Shown: positions 17,280-27,234 of the stretch, piece by piece
How the letters are laid out: every line of letters begins with the position of its first letter
How positions within the stretch are numbered: the stretch's first letter is position 1
Source of the DNA: Calditrichia bacterium
GTDB taxonomy: Bacteria; Calditrichota; Calditrichia; RBG-13-44-9; J075
Assembly (NCBI GenBank): GCA_050633245.1
Contig: JBOEGD010000001.1
Span: forward strand, 96,001 to 160,000
Direction: 5' to 3'
DNA length: 64,000 bases
Program-made: the position numbers and the translations under genes
Notes under the pieces: generated by a model
Database searches by the model: none
What the model was told of the DNA's origin: nothing
The model's input: only the letters and a program-made list of their open reading frames with translations

Positions 17280-19022
17280 TTAATTTTCTGTGGGGCGTCC
17301 ATGTCTGTCGCTCAAAACTTCTTCACCGTGTATTGCTTCACCAATGTTCAACAGGTGGTCTTTCATACGACGATAAGAATTTGCGATGTCCATATATGTA
17401 GTACTCACCAGAGGCTCTACCTGCTCCTCGGATAATCGTTGCCAATGTGTATCGCGTAGTGTGCGAACTTCTTCATTAATCTCATTACTGCGCAAACGAA
17501 TGCGGTTGAGATAGTCGGATGGGCCGTTTACCAGGCCGGCGTGAACGAGATCGAAATAACCTGAGACGCTGGTATGCAAACCGAGAAGTTCTGTTCTCTG
17601 CCGTTTTGAGAGCTTTATTGTGTGGCTTCGCAAGCGCAGATAAAGCTTAAGAATGTCAACAATGTCGTCACTAACCGATTCATATTCATCAATCAGACGA
17701 AGCTGTGATCGCCCTTCTTTAGCGGTCTCGCTGCTAATTTGCTCAGAAAGGATAGCGGTTAAGAATGTGGTAATTTCTTTTTGTACGTCATCAATAATTT
17801 CTTCGCGTTCGAACAGCAACTTTATGACTTCTTCACGCTGTTTCTTATCAGGCTTTTTCAACGTTATTGCCAGCTTTAGATTCTCCAACATGGTTTTAAC
17901 ATGTTTGTCTGTACGCAAAATCTCTTGTCTGGAACGCTCGATGGCAGTAACCGGAGTAGCCTTCTCCTTGAACTCCAGGTGAGTTAAGTGATCGCTACGT
18001 GAACCGCGTTCCTTATTCACATATTTCTCAAGAAAGTTTGCGAAGAAGGGAATAAAGCCAATAAATAAGAGCGTATTAATAATATTAAACCCGGAATGAA
18101 CAGAGGAAATCGCCACTGTTACCCAAGTAAATGTCCCGTCAGGATCCTGATAAGTCAGATCGAATCCAGGGAAAATAAACTCCAATATTGTCGTGAGAGC
18201 CGGCAGATAAATACCCAGATAGATAAGCGTAATCCAGGCGCAACCTAATACATTAAAGAAGATGTGAAAATAGGCCGTGCGTTTGGCATTAATGTCGTCT
18301 GCACCAAGAGATGCCAGATAAGCAGTGATAGTTGTTCCGATATTTTCACCTAAAACCAGCGCTCCGGCCGTTGCGAAGTCGATTACGCCGGTACTTGCGA
18401 GAGCAATGGTAATTCCGAGTGTTGCAGAGGAGGATTGTACAATGATAGTTAAAACACAACCAACAAGCGCTGCTTTCAATACACCAAGATAGCTGGTTGC
18501 CTCAAACATGTGGAAAGCCTGTTCGAACCACGGTAAATCTTTAACCGGCTTAAAACCGTCTTTCATTATTTCAAGACCAAAGAAAACCATGCCGATACCC
18601 ATAATGGCAAGGAATATATAGCGTGCTTTTTCCTGCTTTAGAAACAACCAGCCAAAAGCAGAGAAACCTAGTAAGGGTAAGCCATACTTGCCGATTTTTA
18701 GAGCGAGTATCCAGCCGGTTATTGTGGTGCCAATATTAGCTCCCATAATCACGCCGATTGCACTGGATAATGCCATAAGCTGGCTATTAACAAGGCCGAT
18801 GACCATTACGGATGTAACAGAACTGGACTGCACAAGCATGGTAACGAAGGCACCAATTCCTACAGCCAGAAAGCGATTTGAGGTAACTCTGTTTATTCCC
18901 TGACGAATGCGCGGTCCGGCGATAACCTGAAGGCCTTGCTGCATGTTTTTCATGCCGAGTAAAAAGATGCCCAAACCACCGGCAAGGCTGAAAATAAGCT
19001 TAAAAATTAATTCGGATTGCAT
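17280..19022 (-). CDS. Na/Pi cotransporter family protein with PhoU-like C-terminal domains
   Basis: Two 'QSSS' repeats, GANIGTTIT/GENIGTTIT; likely start MQSEL at 19022. Confidence 0.92.
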   Translation of the reverse strand: MQSELIFKLIFSLAGGLGIFLLGMKNMQQGLQVIAGPRIRQGINRVTSNRFLAVGIGAFVTMLVQSSSVTSVMVIGLVNSQLMALSSAIGVIMGANIGTTITGWILALKIGKYGLPLLGFSAFGWLFLKQEKARYIFLAIMGIGMVFFGLEIMKDGFKPVKDLPWFEQAFHMFEATSYLGVLKAALVGCVLTIIVQSSSATLGITIALASTGVIDFATAGALVLGENIGTTITAYLASLGADDINAKRTAYFHIFFNVLGCAWITLIYLGIYLPALTTILEFIFPGFDLTYQDPDGTFTWVTVAISSVHSGFNIINTLLFIGFIPFFANFLEKYVNKERGSRSDHLTHLEFKEKATPVTAIERSRQEILRTDKHVKTMLENLKLAITLKKPDKKQREEVIKLLFEREEIIDDVQKEITTFLTAILSEQISSETAKEGRSQLRLIDEYESVSDDIVDILKLYLRLRSHTIKLSKRQRTELLGLHTSVSGYFDLVHAGLVNGPSDYLNRIRLRSNEINEEVRTLRDTHWQRLSEEQVEPLVSTTYMDIANSYRRMKDHLLNIGEAIHGEEVLSDRHGRPTEN

Positions 19023-19290
19023 AATTGTATTCTTCTCTTGGGTTTTCAGACTAGTATGAAGATGCCTGCGTGTTCGATGTGTGCCGTGCTGAAGGCGAGA
19101 GATAATACCAATAACGGACAACTTTGTCAAATATTAAATAAAATGTAACAGCTAAAAAAACGAATATTTGGTGTCGAATTGCGGTTGCGGAAAATTTCAT
19201 TTTGCATACCATGTCGTTAATCACAGTCCAATGGATAAATATCACGAATATTAGGCCTGTCAAGAATGATCATAGAGAGCGAAAGGTATT

Positions 19291-21303
19291 ATGGCGTCGT
19301 TCAGAAATCCGCCACCGGAAGGGTTCATTTTCCCAAACGCCAGCGAGAAGCGTTTTCTCGAAGTACTGGAAGACCTGCCATCGCGCTGGGCCTTCTGGTA
19401 TGAGCCCACGGTATATGGTGGTCAACGTCCCGATTTCGTGATCTGGGTTCCAGCCGAAGAGTTTCCTACTATCTTCCTGATTGAACTGAAAAGCTGGCGC
19501 AAGAATTTCGTTGCGCAGGCCGACCTAACCCATGTGCATATGCGAAACAATCGTGTAGAATACAACCCCATTAGCAAACTGAAGATGGTGCGCAATAATC
19601 TGAACGAAGCATTAATGCACCACTTTCGCTCTGCTCCAGGCCTCGAGAAGGTTGCGGTCATTCCGCTGCTCATTCATTGGGCAGTAGACGTGAAGGACGC
19701 ACACCCACTGCTTCAAGGTGACTCAGAGGTCGATGTACTTGGACGATCGCAGGTGAAAAACCCCGATGATCTGGCAAATGAGCTCATCAATATTACAAGC
19801 AACTACTATAGCTTTGTGGAAGAACTTCCGCCTGTGGTAAGCTCGTCTATCAAACGCGCAATTTTTTCCTGTGTCGATTTAGCTGTTCGCGTTGAAAAAG
19901 CATCCGGGCAGATTCTCCCCGCTGTTATGAAGGAAGAGAGCGAAGGCGCACCACCTAAAGAAGCAAAGCTGGAATACGATCGGCCGATTGCCCCCATGCT
20001 GGATGAGTTTCAAGTAACGGCAATTCGCAATCGTAGCTTGGGGCATGCCTTATTAAGCGGCGTTCCGGGAACCGGTAAAACCATTATGCTGCTTGGAAGA
20101 ATGCGCTGGTATCAGCAGCATAACCCGAAAGAACGACAGCTTTTTGTGGTTCACCAAAAAGTTTTGATTAAAAATTTACAGCAGAAGTATCAGCATCAAT
20201 TCGCTGGCGGCAAGCTGCCGCGCAATATCAGCTTTTTTCGATTTAAGGACTGGTTTACACGCACCTATGAAGGAGTTTATGAACGCTTTCAGGCATATGA
20301 AGGCGATCAGATGGCATTGCTCGATGAGCTTGTTGAAGAGGCCATCGCCGAAAAACTTACGTTGAAGAAAAAAGCAGTAGAGGTATATGGGCATATTTTT
20401 GTCGATGAGGCGCATCAGATGCCGACTCGGTGGATTCACCTGCTTACACGTTTCGCCAAAGCAGAGCAGGAACACAAGCCCAATATCTGGATCGCCTACG
20501 ACAATGGTCAGGGTATTTACAGCGACCGGCGCTTCGAGGGGCGCAAGGTTGGTCTCAATTTTCAGGGAAGATCGCGAAACTTTCATCGGGTATATCGCTG
20601 TGGTTTACTTCCCTGGGCATTTGCAGCCTGTTGTCACCCGGAGGCATTCAATACATATCGGAAGCGGAACTCTGCAGAATATCTCGAATTTACTCATTTG
20701 GGAGAATCGCCTCTTGCCATTGTACAGCCAACACTTGAACAGCAGGCGAAACAGTTAGCCAAGACCATCCGCAAGAAACAAAAACGTGGGGAGTTGAAAC
20801 TTGCCGACGTAACGATCTTCTATGCGGTGGCCGGATTTAGCGAGAAAAACAGCTATCCCGACGAGATGACAAAAGCTGCGCTCGATAAAGCATTTGAAGA
20901 ACTTGGCGGTATTGAGTGGGTGGCCATCCACAAATCCCGTGCAGACTGGACAAGCGACAAGGTCCGGGCGTGTACCTTTACATCATCTCAGGGAATTGAT
21001 GCGCCGGTATCTGTGCTCTACGGAGCGGAATCGTTTCAAATCTTCTCGGAGAGTGATTGGGTAAATCCGGATGCGTTATTCTATACGGTTTTAACCCGCG
21101 CGACGAAGACAATTATTCTCACCTACAACAATTTATCGAAAGACTCTGACTGTCGGTTTCAGCAAGCGTTGTTTACAGGGACGCGGAAGGCGAGCAAATT
21201 ATTACCGACCTTGAAGCAGGTAGAGCCTGTAGAGGCAAAGGATGGCAGGATGGTTTATCGTATTAAGTGGACAAATCTCGATCAGTTTATCCAATCCCAT
21301 TAA
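19291..21303 (+). CDS. NERD nuclease + SF1 (UvrD-like) helicase fusion
   Basis: 'EP...RPDFVIW...IELKSW' PD-(D/E)xK; Walker A GVPGTGKT; VDEAH; YDNGQGIY; YTVLTRA. Confidence 0.85.
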   Translation: MASFRNPPPEGFIFPNASEKRFLEVLEDLPSRWAFWYEPTVYGGQRPDFVIWVPAEEFPTIFLIELKSWRKNFVAQADLTHVHMRNNRVEYNPISKLKMVRNNLNEALMHHFRSAPGLEKVAVIPLLIHWAVDVKDAHPLLQGDSEVDVLGRSQVKNPDDLANELINITSNYYSFVEELPPVVSSSIKRAIFSCVDLAVRVEKASGQILPAVMKEESEGAPPKEAKLEYDRPIAPMLDEFQVTAIRNRSLGHALLSGVPGTGKTIMLLGRMRWYQQHNPKERQLFVVHQKVLIKNLQQKYQHQFAGGKLPRNISFFRFKDWFTRTYEGVYERFQAYEGDQMALLDELVEEAIAEKLTLKKKAVEVYGHIFVDEAHQMPTRWIHLLTRFAKAEQEHKPNIWIAYDNGQGIYSDRRFEGRKVGLNFQGRSRNFHRVYRCGLLPWAFAACCHPEAFNTYRKRNSAEYLEFTHLGESPLAIVQPTLEQQAKQLAKTIRKKQKRGELKLADVTIFYAVAGFSEKNSYPDEMTKAALDKAFEELGGIEWVAIHKSRADWTSDKVRACTFTSSQGIDAPVSVLYGAESFQIFSESDWVNPDALFYTVLTRATKTIILTYNNLSKDSDCRFQQALFTGTRKASKLLPTLKQVEPVEAKDGRMVYRIKWTNLDQFIQSH

Positions 21304-21728
21304 CCAAATGAAACGCTGTCGCTAAGTTCATTTTGGTCGTCTTCCTGACGCGGGAAGTGTTTATTCAGCTCTTTGCCCGCCAGTTGCACAGCAGCGCAAA
21401 TTCCTTCACAAAATGCTCCATTTTGAAGATGATTTTGCATTTCATTACATAGATCTTGCCAGAACTCCAGCGGCACATGCTGATTAATTCCGCTATCGCC
21501 AATAATTGCAAATTTACAACTCTTCATCGCCAGATAAATAAGCACGCCGTTACGGTCTTTGGTCTGGTGCATGTCCAGCTTATTAAATACTGCTGCTGCG
21601 CGAGGTGTTTGATTGCGCCAACAGCGTCTTTCGACGTGCACGCGAATCTCACCGGAGGTTGTTGCCTCGGCTTCACGGATGGTTTTAACAATCCGGGCTA
21701 TTTCGCTATCTGTGAAGTATGTTTGCAT
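21300..21728 (-). CDS. TPM domain protein (YgcG-like, short form)
   Basis: 'AEATTSGEIRVH...TKDRNGVLIY...IIGDSGI...HFP...NELSD'. Confidence 0.9.
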   Translation of the reverse strand: MQTYFTDSEIARIVKTIREAEATTSGEIRVHVERRCWRNQTPRAAAVFNKLDMHQTKDRNGVLIYLAMKSCKFAIIGDSGINQHVPLEFWQDLCNEMQNHLQNGAFCEGICAAVQLAGKELNKHFPRQEDDQNELSDSVSFG

Positions 21729-21748
21729 AGTAAAAGTTCAAAGTGTGT

Positions 21749-21775
21749 GTATGCGTGGGTCAAGCCCCACGTTAC
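21749..21775. repeat. REP-like imperfect palindrome
   Basis: gtatgcgtggg-tcaagc-cccacgttac; similar to the 15718 element. Confidence 0.5.
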
Positions 21776-21794
21776 TTGTTACTTGTTCAATTTT

Positions 21795-21821
21795 GAGAGA
21801 CGCAATGTATTGCGTCTTTAC
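21795..21821. repeat. REP-like palindrome
   Basis: gag-agacgcaat-gt-attgcgtct-ttac; minus strand reads GTAAAGACGCAATACATTGCGTCTCTC. Confidence 0.55.
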
Positions 21822-21848
21822 TTCTGTCAGCGCAGCGGTCTGTTTGCA

Positions 21849-22769
21849 TTACCAACCGCCGCTCGCTCCGCCACCGCCTGACATACCACCGAATCCGCCA
21901 CCGAATCCACCGCCTCCTCCACCGCCGAAGCCACCAAAGCCTCCGCCGCGACCACTATTGCGGGATCCGCCTGTCCAAATAATCGGTCCGCCCCATGGAC
22001 TTTGGCGATAACCTCGTTTGGAATAGGTCTCGGATGAATTTCGCCGTGCGCGCAGTATCATAAAAATAAAGATTAGAAAAATGATCAATGGTATAAAGTC
22101 CGCCAAAGAAGGCTCCGGCTGTTTGTGCTGCACCGGAATTTGATATTCTCCTTCAACGGTACCGCTAATGGCGTTAACGCCTTCAAGAAGCCCACCATAA
22201 AAATCGCCTTCGCGAAAACGCGGAGCAATAATATAATCCAGGATCTCACCAGCCAGCGCGTCGGTTAATACGCCTTCCAGGCCATATCCCGTTTCAATTC
22301 GAAAGCGACGATCGCCCAAAAACACAACCAGCAACACGCCATTGTCCTCAAATTCACGTCCCGGCTTCCAGGCATCGAATATTCGGGTTGCGGCATCTTC
22401 CAGATTAGAACTTTCTGGAATCTTGTTGGCAATCAGTACGAAAATTTGTGTTGATGTGCGGTCTGCCAGTGACTTTAATTGGTTCTTCAGAAAATCGTGT
22501 TCGCTGGCCGTGAGTGTTGATGTTAAGTCGGTAACATGGCTTTTCGGCTTGGTCGGTATACCCGAAAAAACCTCTGCTTCTTTTTTTTCAAATGGATTAG
22601 ATGGCAGGCCTGGCAATACCTGAGCGCCGGTAACAGTCGTAACATTCTTTGTGCTGTCCGACTTCCAAGACCAATCTAATTCTGCATCCTGACTAAATAG
22701 CAGAATCGGGAAAAGCAGAACAGCCATCATAAGATGACTGTTGCGAAGCTGTATGTGCATCATAGACAT
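21849..22769 (-). CDS. TPM domain membrane protein with Gly-rich tail
   Basis: 'DNGVLLVV...RIETGYGLEGVLTD', TM helix, GGGFGGFGGG...GGGGASGGW. Confidence 0.92.
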   Translation of the reverse strand: MSMMHIQLRNSHLMMAVLLFPILLFSQDAELDWSWKSDSTKNVTTVTGAQVLPGLPSNPFEKKEAEVFSGIPTKPKSHVTDLTSTLTASEHDFLKNQLKSLADRTSTQIFVLIANKIPESSNLEDAATRIFDAWKPGREFEDNGVLLVVFLGDRRFRIETGYGLEGVLTDALAGEILDYIIAPRFREGDFYGGLLEGVNAISGTVEGEYQIPVQHKQPEPSLADFIPLIIFLIFIFMILRARRNSSETYSKRGYRQSPWGGPIIWTGGSRNSGRGGGFGGFGGGGGGGFGGGFGGMSGGGGASGGW

Positions 22770-22771
22770 TC

Positions 22772-23368
22772 TTAGAACTTGACCTTTGGTGCTTCCTGAG
22801 CGCCTTCAGCACTTTGGAAATAGGGCCGTTCCTGAAATCCGGTAAATCCGGCAATGATATTGGCCGGGAAAAGTCTAACACCGGTATTGTAGACCTGGAC
22901 GGTCTCATTAAAGCGTCGCACTTCAGTGGCAATGCGGTTTTCAGTGCCTTCCAGCTGACGCTGTAAATCTCTGAAGTTTTGGTCAGACTTTAATTCCGGA
23001 TATTTTTCCACGACAACCATTAGACGCTGTAGCGCCGAGCCGAGGCTGCTTTGTGCGGCCTGAAACTTCTGCAGCATCGCTGGGTCGTTCAGCATATCGG
23101 GAGAAAGATTTACCATGCCGCCCATTTTGGCACGTGCTTCGGTAACTTGAACCAGCACTTCCTTTTCCTGTTCGGCAAAGCCTTTAACGGTTTCCACAAG
23201 GTTTGGAATCAAATCGTAGCGGCGTTGGTATTGGGTTTCAACTTGCGACCAGGCTGTGTTAACGCCTTCATCGCTGGTTACAAAGCCGTTATACAGGCCT
23301 TTTCCCCATGAAAATAGCAGAAATCCTATAACGGCGATAACGCCTAACGCGATTAACTTTTTCATCAA
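22772..23368 (-). CDS. lemA: LemA family protein
   Basis: 'AWSQVETQYQRRYDLIPNLVETVKG', 'EKYPELKSDQNF...LEGTENRI'. Confidence 0.95.
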   Translation of the reverse strand: MMKKLIALGVIAVIGFLLFSWGKGLYNGFVTSDEGVNTAWSQVETQYQRRYDLIPNLVETVKGFAEQEKEVLVQVTEARAKMGGMVNLSPDMLNDPAMLQKFQAAQSSLGSALQRLMVVVEKYPELKSDQNFRDLQRQLEGTENRIATEVRRFNETVQVYNTGVRLFPANIIAGFTGFQERPYFQSAEGAQEAPKVKF

Positions 23369-23515
23369 GAGCCCTTTCTAAAAAGGTGTATAAAGATTGT
23401 TCAAAACTGTCAGGGGCTTTTTAAGACCAATAGATTTACTAAATGGTCACAGTGGTAGGAATGTAGCACTTGCAGTTGGATTAGCAAATAGAGGAAAGAA
23501 TATCGTTTCAGAAGG

Positions 23516-23543
23516 TGTAGCCCGCAGAAGTTTGCGGGCTACA
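23516..23543. terminator. Hairpin downstream of clpP (terminator or REP-like)
   Basis: tgtagcccgca-gaagtt-tgcgggctaca, 5 bp from the clpP stop. Confidence 0.6.
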
Positions 23544-23548
23544 AAAGA

Positions 23549-24139
23549 TTACTTAAGCTTGCTTTGGGAAGAAATAATTTGTCCCACAAGGCCATACTTT
23601 TTAGCTTCGGTGGCGGACATCCAGAAGTTGCGCTCAGTCTGTTTTTCAACCTTTTCGATCGGCTGACCGGTTTGCTTGGCAAATGTCTCATTGAGTCGAC
23701 GACGCATCTTTACGATTTCCTGAGCTTCAATACCGATGTCTGTAGCCTGTCCCATTGCCCCACCACTTGGTTGGTGCAGCAAAAAGCGGGTGTTCGGCAG
23801 GCAGTAGCGATCTTCTATCGGAACACTGACATAAATCAAGGCACCGGCACTGGCTACCCAGCCCGTTCCGACAATTTTAACCTTTGGCTTTACAAAACGA
23901 ATCATATCGAATATGGTATCGCCAGACTCTACGTGCCCACCCTGCGAATTTATAAAAAGCTTAATATCATCATCCGACTCCGAGGCAAGGACTAACAGTT
24001 TCTCACTAACTTCACGCGCCAGCTTTTGATCAATTCCGCCACTGATCATAATGGTACGATTTTCCATAAGGCGGGCGGCCAGGCCTTTTGGAGGAGCGTC
24101 TTGTTTCTTTTCATCACCAGCATCCAAATAGCTGCTCAT
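23549..24139 (-). CDS. clpP: ATP-dependent Clp protease proteolytic subunit (ClpP2-like)
   Basis: INSQGG, VASAGA (Ser), LHQP (His), ERNFWMSA; AGGAG RBS. Confidence 0.93.
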   Translation of the reverse strand: MSSYLDAGDEKKQDAPPKGLAARLMENRTIMISGGIDQKLAREVSEKLLVLASESDDDIKLFINSQGGHVESGDTIFDMIRFVKPKVKIVGTGWVASAGALIYVSVPIEDRYCLPNTRFLLHQPSGGAMGQATDIGIEAQEIVKMRRRLNETFAKQTGQPIEKVEKQTERNFWMSATEAKKYGLVGQIISSQSKLK

Positions 24140-24324
24140 AGTGGGTCTCTCCTAGTGTTTCCAGTATATTTGTATGTTATATAATCTCTTGTCTACTCTG
24201 TTTGGAAGATCATAAAACTAGGCATAGATCGTCCGCTGTGCAATAGAAAATTGAGCCGTATTGCTCTAGTATTAGAATCGGTCAGGGGTTGATTCCCTTT
24301 AGTGCTGATTCATCTGATTTGCGA

Positions 24325-25170
24325 TTAAGCAAGATCGTGTCGTTGTGAGAATCCATTTGCAATCTTATACACGCAAAGCAATGTAAATACAATGATGAAT
24401 GCCACGGTTACACCCTGAAGGTGTTCGAAGAACAGATTGGGAAAATAGCCTGGATTCCAGATGGCATGGCTAATTGCCAGGATATCTTGCTTGCTATCAA
24501 TTTTGGCTAAAAGGCTGCCAAGGGTTGTAGGCAGATTAACGGCAGAAACATCGCTGGACAAACCGACTGAGATAATAAAATCTATGCTGCACTGTAGGAA
24601 TATGGTAATTCCAAATATGGATATCAGTTTATTGAAGATGTGGCTGAGACTGTTTTTCCACAGTACTTCGCGGTTTACAATGCGACTTTCTTTAATTCCA
24701 CAAACCAGCATGGCATTGAAAAAGTCTCGTTGTCTGAAGTAGGCGATTCGCTCGCGAATCAAGTCACTTAACTCGAGAAATACGAACAGGCTGATGCAGA
24801 AGGCAATGAGTATTAAAACGGTCCATTTGCCGGACAGCCACTGCTTCTCCAAAAGTAATGTAATAACGACGTAACCCATTAAAACGCCGACGATCTGTGG
24901 AATTGAACGCAACAGATTCAATACAAAGCTCAACACAAGATAGGGGAGGCGTACGCGTTGCTTTTCTAGGAAGTAAAGTGAAATGCCGCTAACCCACCCC
25001 AACACAAGACACATTGCAATTGTAGTGAAGGCAATAATCAGCGTATTGACAAATCCGCTCTGGACCTGAGCAAATGCCGGCTTGTTCAGGAATGAGAAAT
25101 CCCACAGCCACAGCAGCGCCATGCCGCTTAGCCAGACTGTGAACCAAATTGTATCGCGTTGTTTTAGCAT
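24325..25170 (-). CDS. ABC permease-like membrane protein (divergent BPD_transp_1)
   Basis: Multiple TM helices; 'LLRSIPQIVG', EAA-like 'FFNAMLVCGIKESRIV', 'PTTLGSLL' as in DppC-type permeases. Confidence 0.65.
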   Translation of the reverse strand: MLKQRDTIWFTVWLSGMALLWLWDFSFLNKPAFAQVQSGFVNTLIIAFTTIAMCLVLGWVSGISLYFLEKQRVRLPYLVLSFVLNLLRSIPQIVGVLMGYVVITLLLEKQWLSGKWTVLILIAFCISLFVFLELSDLIRERIAYFRQRDFFNAMLVCGIKESRIVNREVLWKNSLSHIFNKLISIFGITIFLQCSIDFIISVGLSSDVSAVNLPTTLGSLLAKIDSKQDILAISHAIWNPGYFPNLFFEHLQGVTVAFIIVFTLLCVYKIANGFSQRHDLA

Positions 25171-25243
25171 GTTTTAAGATTGCTGAATTATGATTGCTGA
25201 ATTATGATTTAGTAGAGAAGTCAGACCGCTGCCCGCTGCCCGC

Positions 25244-26359
25244 TCACCGATTATCATAGCGCCTGGTTTCCGTGCCATACCAAATGTCTGCCACAATATC
25301 AGTTGTTTTAACCACCAGGAAAATTCCCAACAGAATCGCAAATATTACATCATACTGTTTAAACAGAATGTTCTGTAGCAATTCGTAACAAAGATGCCCT
25401 TGAATATTTAACGCCATCTCGATAATAACCAGTCCGGTAATAACAAACGACGCTTGTTCTTTTAAGGTGGACAGATATTGATACCGCGCGTTGATAAAAA
25501 TATGGTGGAGCACATGACCATGAAACGATTTGCGCACTGCCAAAATCTGTCTGAGCTTTATGCTACCTTCAGAATTTATCTTATACGAGCTGTCCAGCCC
25601 TTTTACCAAAGCCGTGTTCACGTAGCCTTTTTTACTCTCACCTACCAGTAAGGAGTAAAACTTATGGGCGTAGGTTATTAAAAGTCCATTAGACAAAACG
25701 CCCAGTATTACCATAAAAAGCAGGCTGTCGGCATTAAAACTAGGCTTAATTGAATAGGCAATAACATAGGCCGGTGAAAACAGAATGAGATATAGGGCTC
25801 CTCGCCCAGCCGCTTTGGTTAAAAGAATAAATATCGTTTTAAACTGCTCTATGAGTTGCTTGCCGGATTCCGGGCGTTTAGCGCTGCTTAAAAAGTCTTT
25901 TAAGCGCATGATAAAAGAATCATTGCCCTGTTTCAAGCGTACAAAGCGGTAGACACCCAGCGTCTGCACGCCATAGTAGGTCAGTAGCATTACCAGCACG
26001 TAAACCAGAATAAATTGCCAGTACATGCCTAACAGTTCTCCCCAGCGCTTGGCACTTAAGCCTTCACCGGTTCGAACTTGTCTGGTTGCCGCGGTGATTT
26101 GTGCCGAGCGATAGGCATCGATATCGCTTAATAGCTGCTCGCCATCTGTTTCTGGTTCAAAGGTCTGTATTGCTTCTGCAAGCATGCTGCGATGCAGAGG
26201 ATTATCCAAATCTAAAAAGGGGAGTTCTAAATAACCCTCCAGGAGTTGGTTTTCCTGAAATGTCGCTTTCGGAGCGTTCTGGAAATGTTGAATAAGAACA
26301 ATAAATACCAGTCCAACCAGAACGATAGCAAAAAGATGTTCGGCAAGCTGTCTTCTCAT
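25244..26359 (-). CDS. ABC permease-like membrane protein (DppB-like)
   Basis: EAA-like 'YVNTALVKGL', 'GLVIIEMALNIQG' and 'KQYDVI...DIVADIWY' echo the DppB C-terminus. Confidence 0.65.
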   Translation of the reverse strand: MRRQLAEHLFAIVLVGLVFIVLIQHFQNAPKATFQENQLLEGYLELPFLDLDNPLHRSMLAEAIQTFEPETDGEQLLSDIDAYRSAQITAATRQVRTGEGLSAKRWGELLGMYWQFILVYVLVMLLTYYGVQTLGVYRFVRLKQGNDSFIMRLKDFLSSAKRPESGKQLIEQFKTIFILLTKAAGRGALYLILFSPAYVIAYSIKPSFNADSLLFMVILGVLSNGLLITYAHKFYSLLVGESKKGYVNTALVKGLDSSYKINSEGSIKLRQILAVRKSFHGHVLHHIFINARYQYLSTLKEQASFVITGLVIIEMALNIQGHLCYELLQNILFKQYDVIFAILLGIFLVVKTTDIVADIWYGTETRRYDNR

Positions 26360-27234
26360 TTGCCTGCACCACCGGACTTTGGCTCAATTAAAATGCCACT
26401 ATCGACGAGCGTCGCGCTAAATAAAGAGCCTGCGAGCGAGCGCTGTAGTTTCTCCATCAGATCGTTTGTGCTGGCGCTCGCTGTGCTCTCTGGAAAAAGG
26501 TGTATCAGTAAGGATGATTTGTCTGCGCTGTTCAGCTGCCATTGCGGTGCTGAAAGTGTTTTATTGTGCTTTCTGTTGAAATGCTCGTATAGTTTTGCAT
26601 AAACAGCATTGGCTTCAGATACGCTCCTTTCGATTCCGGCGCGAATAGTGGCAATGTCCGTTGTCCTTTTTGCTGCCTTAACGCCTTTCCATATCCGTCC
26701 GGGTCGGTTTGGAAGCTTAACCCAGCCAAATCGTGTGGGAATGCCAAGCGTTTGCACAAAACTATAGCCGCGATAACGCAACAGACGCTGAAGTTGCTGA
26801 TCGTTTTGCAGATCGAAGCTTTTTGATGATGCGCCGGGAATGTTATTCGTCTGAAGACCGCTTACGTCGAGGATTTGCAGGCTGTCAGTTACAATCTCTA
26901 CATTGCGAAGCACAGTAATGCTTCCTGCTTTTTCCTGATTTCGATATGTTTCTGCAGATTCCTTTACCAGAAAGAATATATCTCTTCCAACCTTTATTTT
27001 GCTGGCCGGCGTAAAGGCATCGCTTAGCATTGTTTCTTTTTCCTGAAGTTGTAACGGGATATACGATGCAAATAAGCGCTGTTCGGAAGTTGTGATTGCC
27101 TGCTCGTATTTGTTGTAGATGACGAGTTCGGAAGGTGACTCAATCAGTAAAAAATCGGCCTGTTCCTGGCCCCAAATAGATAGGCTGTAGAACAGGCAGA
27201 AATATAAAATGCGTATGGGAAGTGAATTACTCAT
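26356..27234 (-). CDS. Hypothetical exported protein
   Basis: Likely start MSNSLP (27234) overlapping the upstream stop; signal-like N-terminus; 4-bp overlap with the downstream gene. Confidence 0.7.
   Translation of the reverse strand: MSNSLPIRILYFCLFYSLSIWGQEQADFLLIESPSELVIYNKYEQAITTSEQRLFASYIPLQLQEKETMLSDAFTPASKIKVGRDIFFLVKESAETYRNQEKAGSITVLRNVEIVTDSLQILDVSGLQTNNIPGASSKSFDLQNDQQLQRLLRYRGYSFVQTLGIPTRFGWVKLPNRPGRIWKGVKAAKRTTDIATIRAGIERSVSEANAVYAKLYEHFNRKHNKTLSAPQWQLNSADKSSLLIHLFPESTASASTNDLMEKLQRSLAGSLFSATLVDSGILIEPKSGGAGK

Noticed and set aside
21613-22011. Pro-rich plus-strand ORF and other short antisense ORFs in the track
   Set aside because: Shadow frames of real genes (here the Gly-rich TPM tail)
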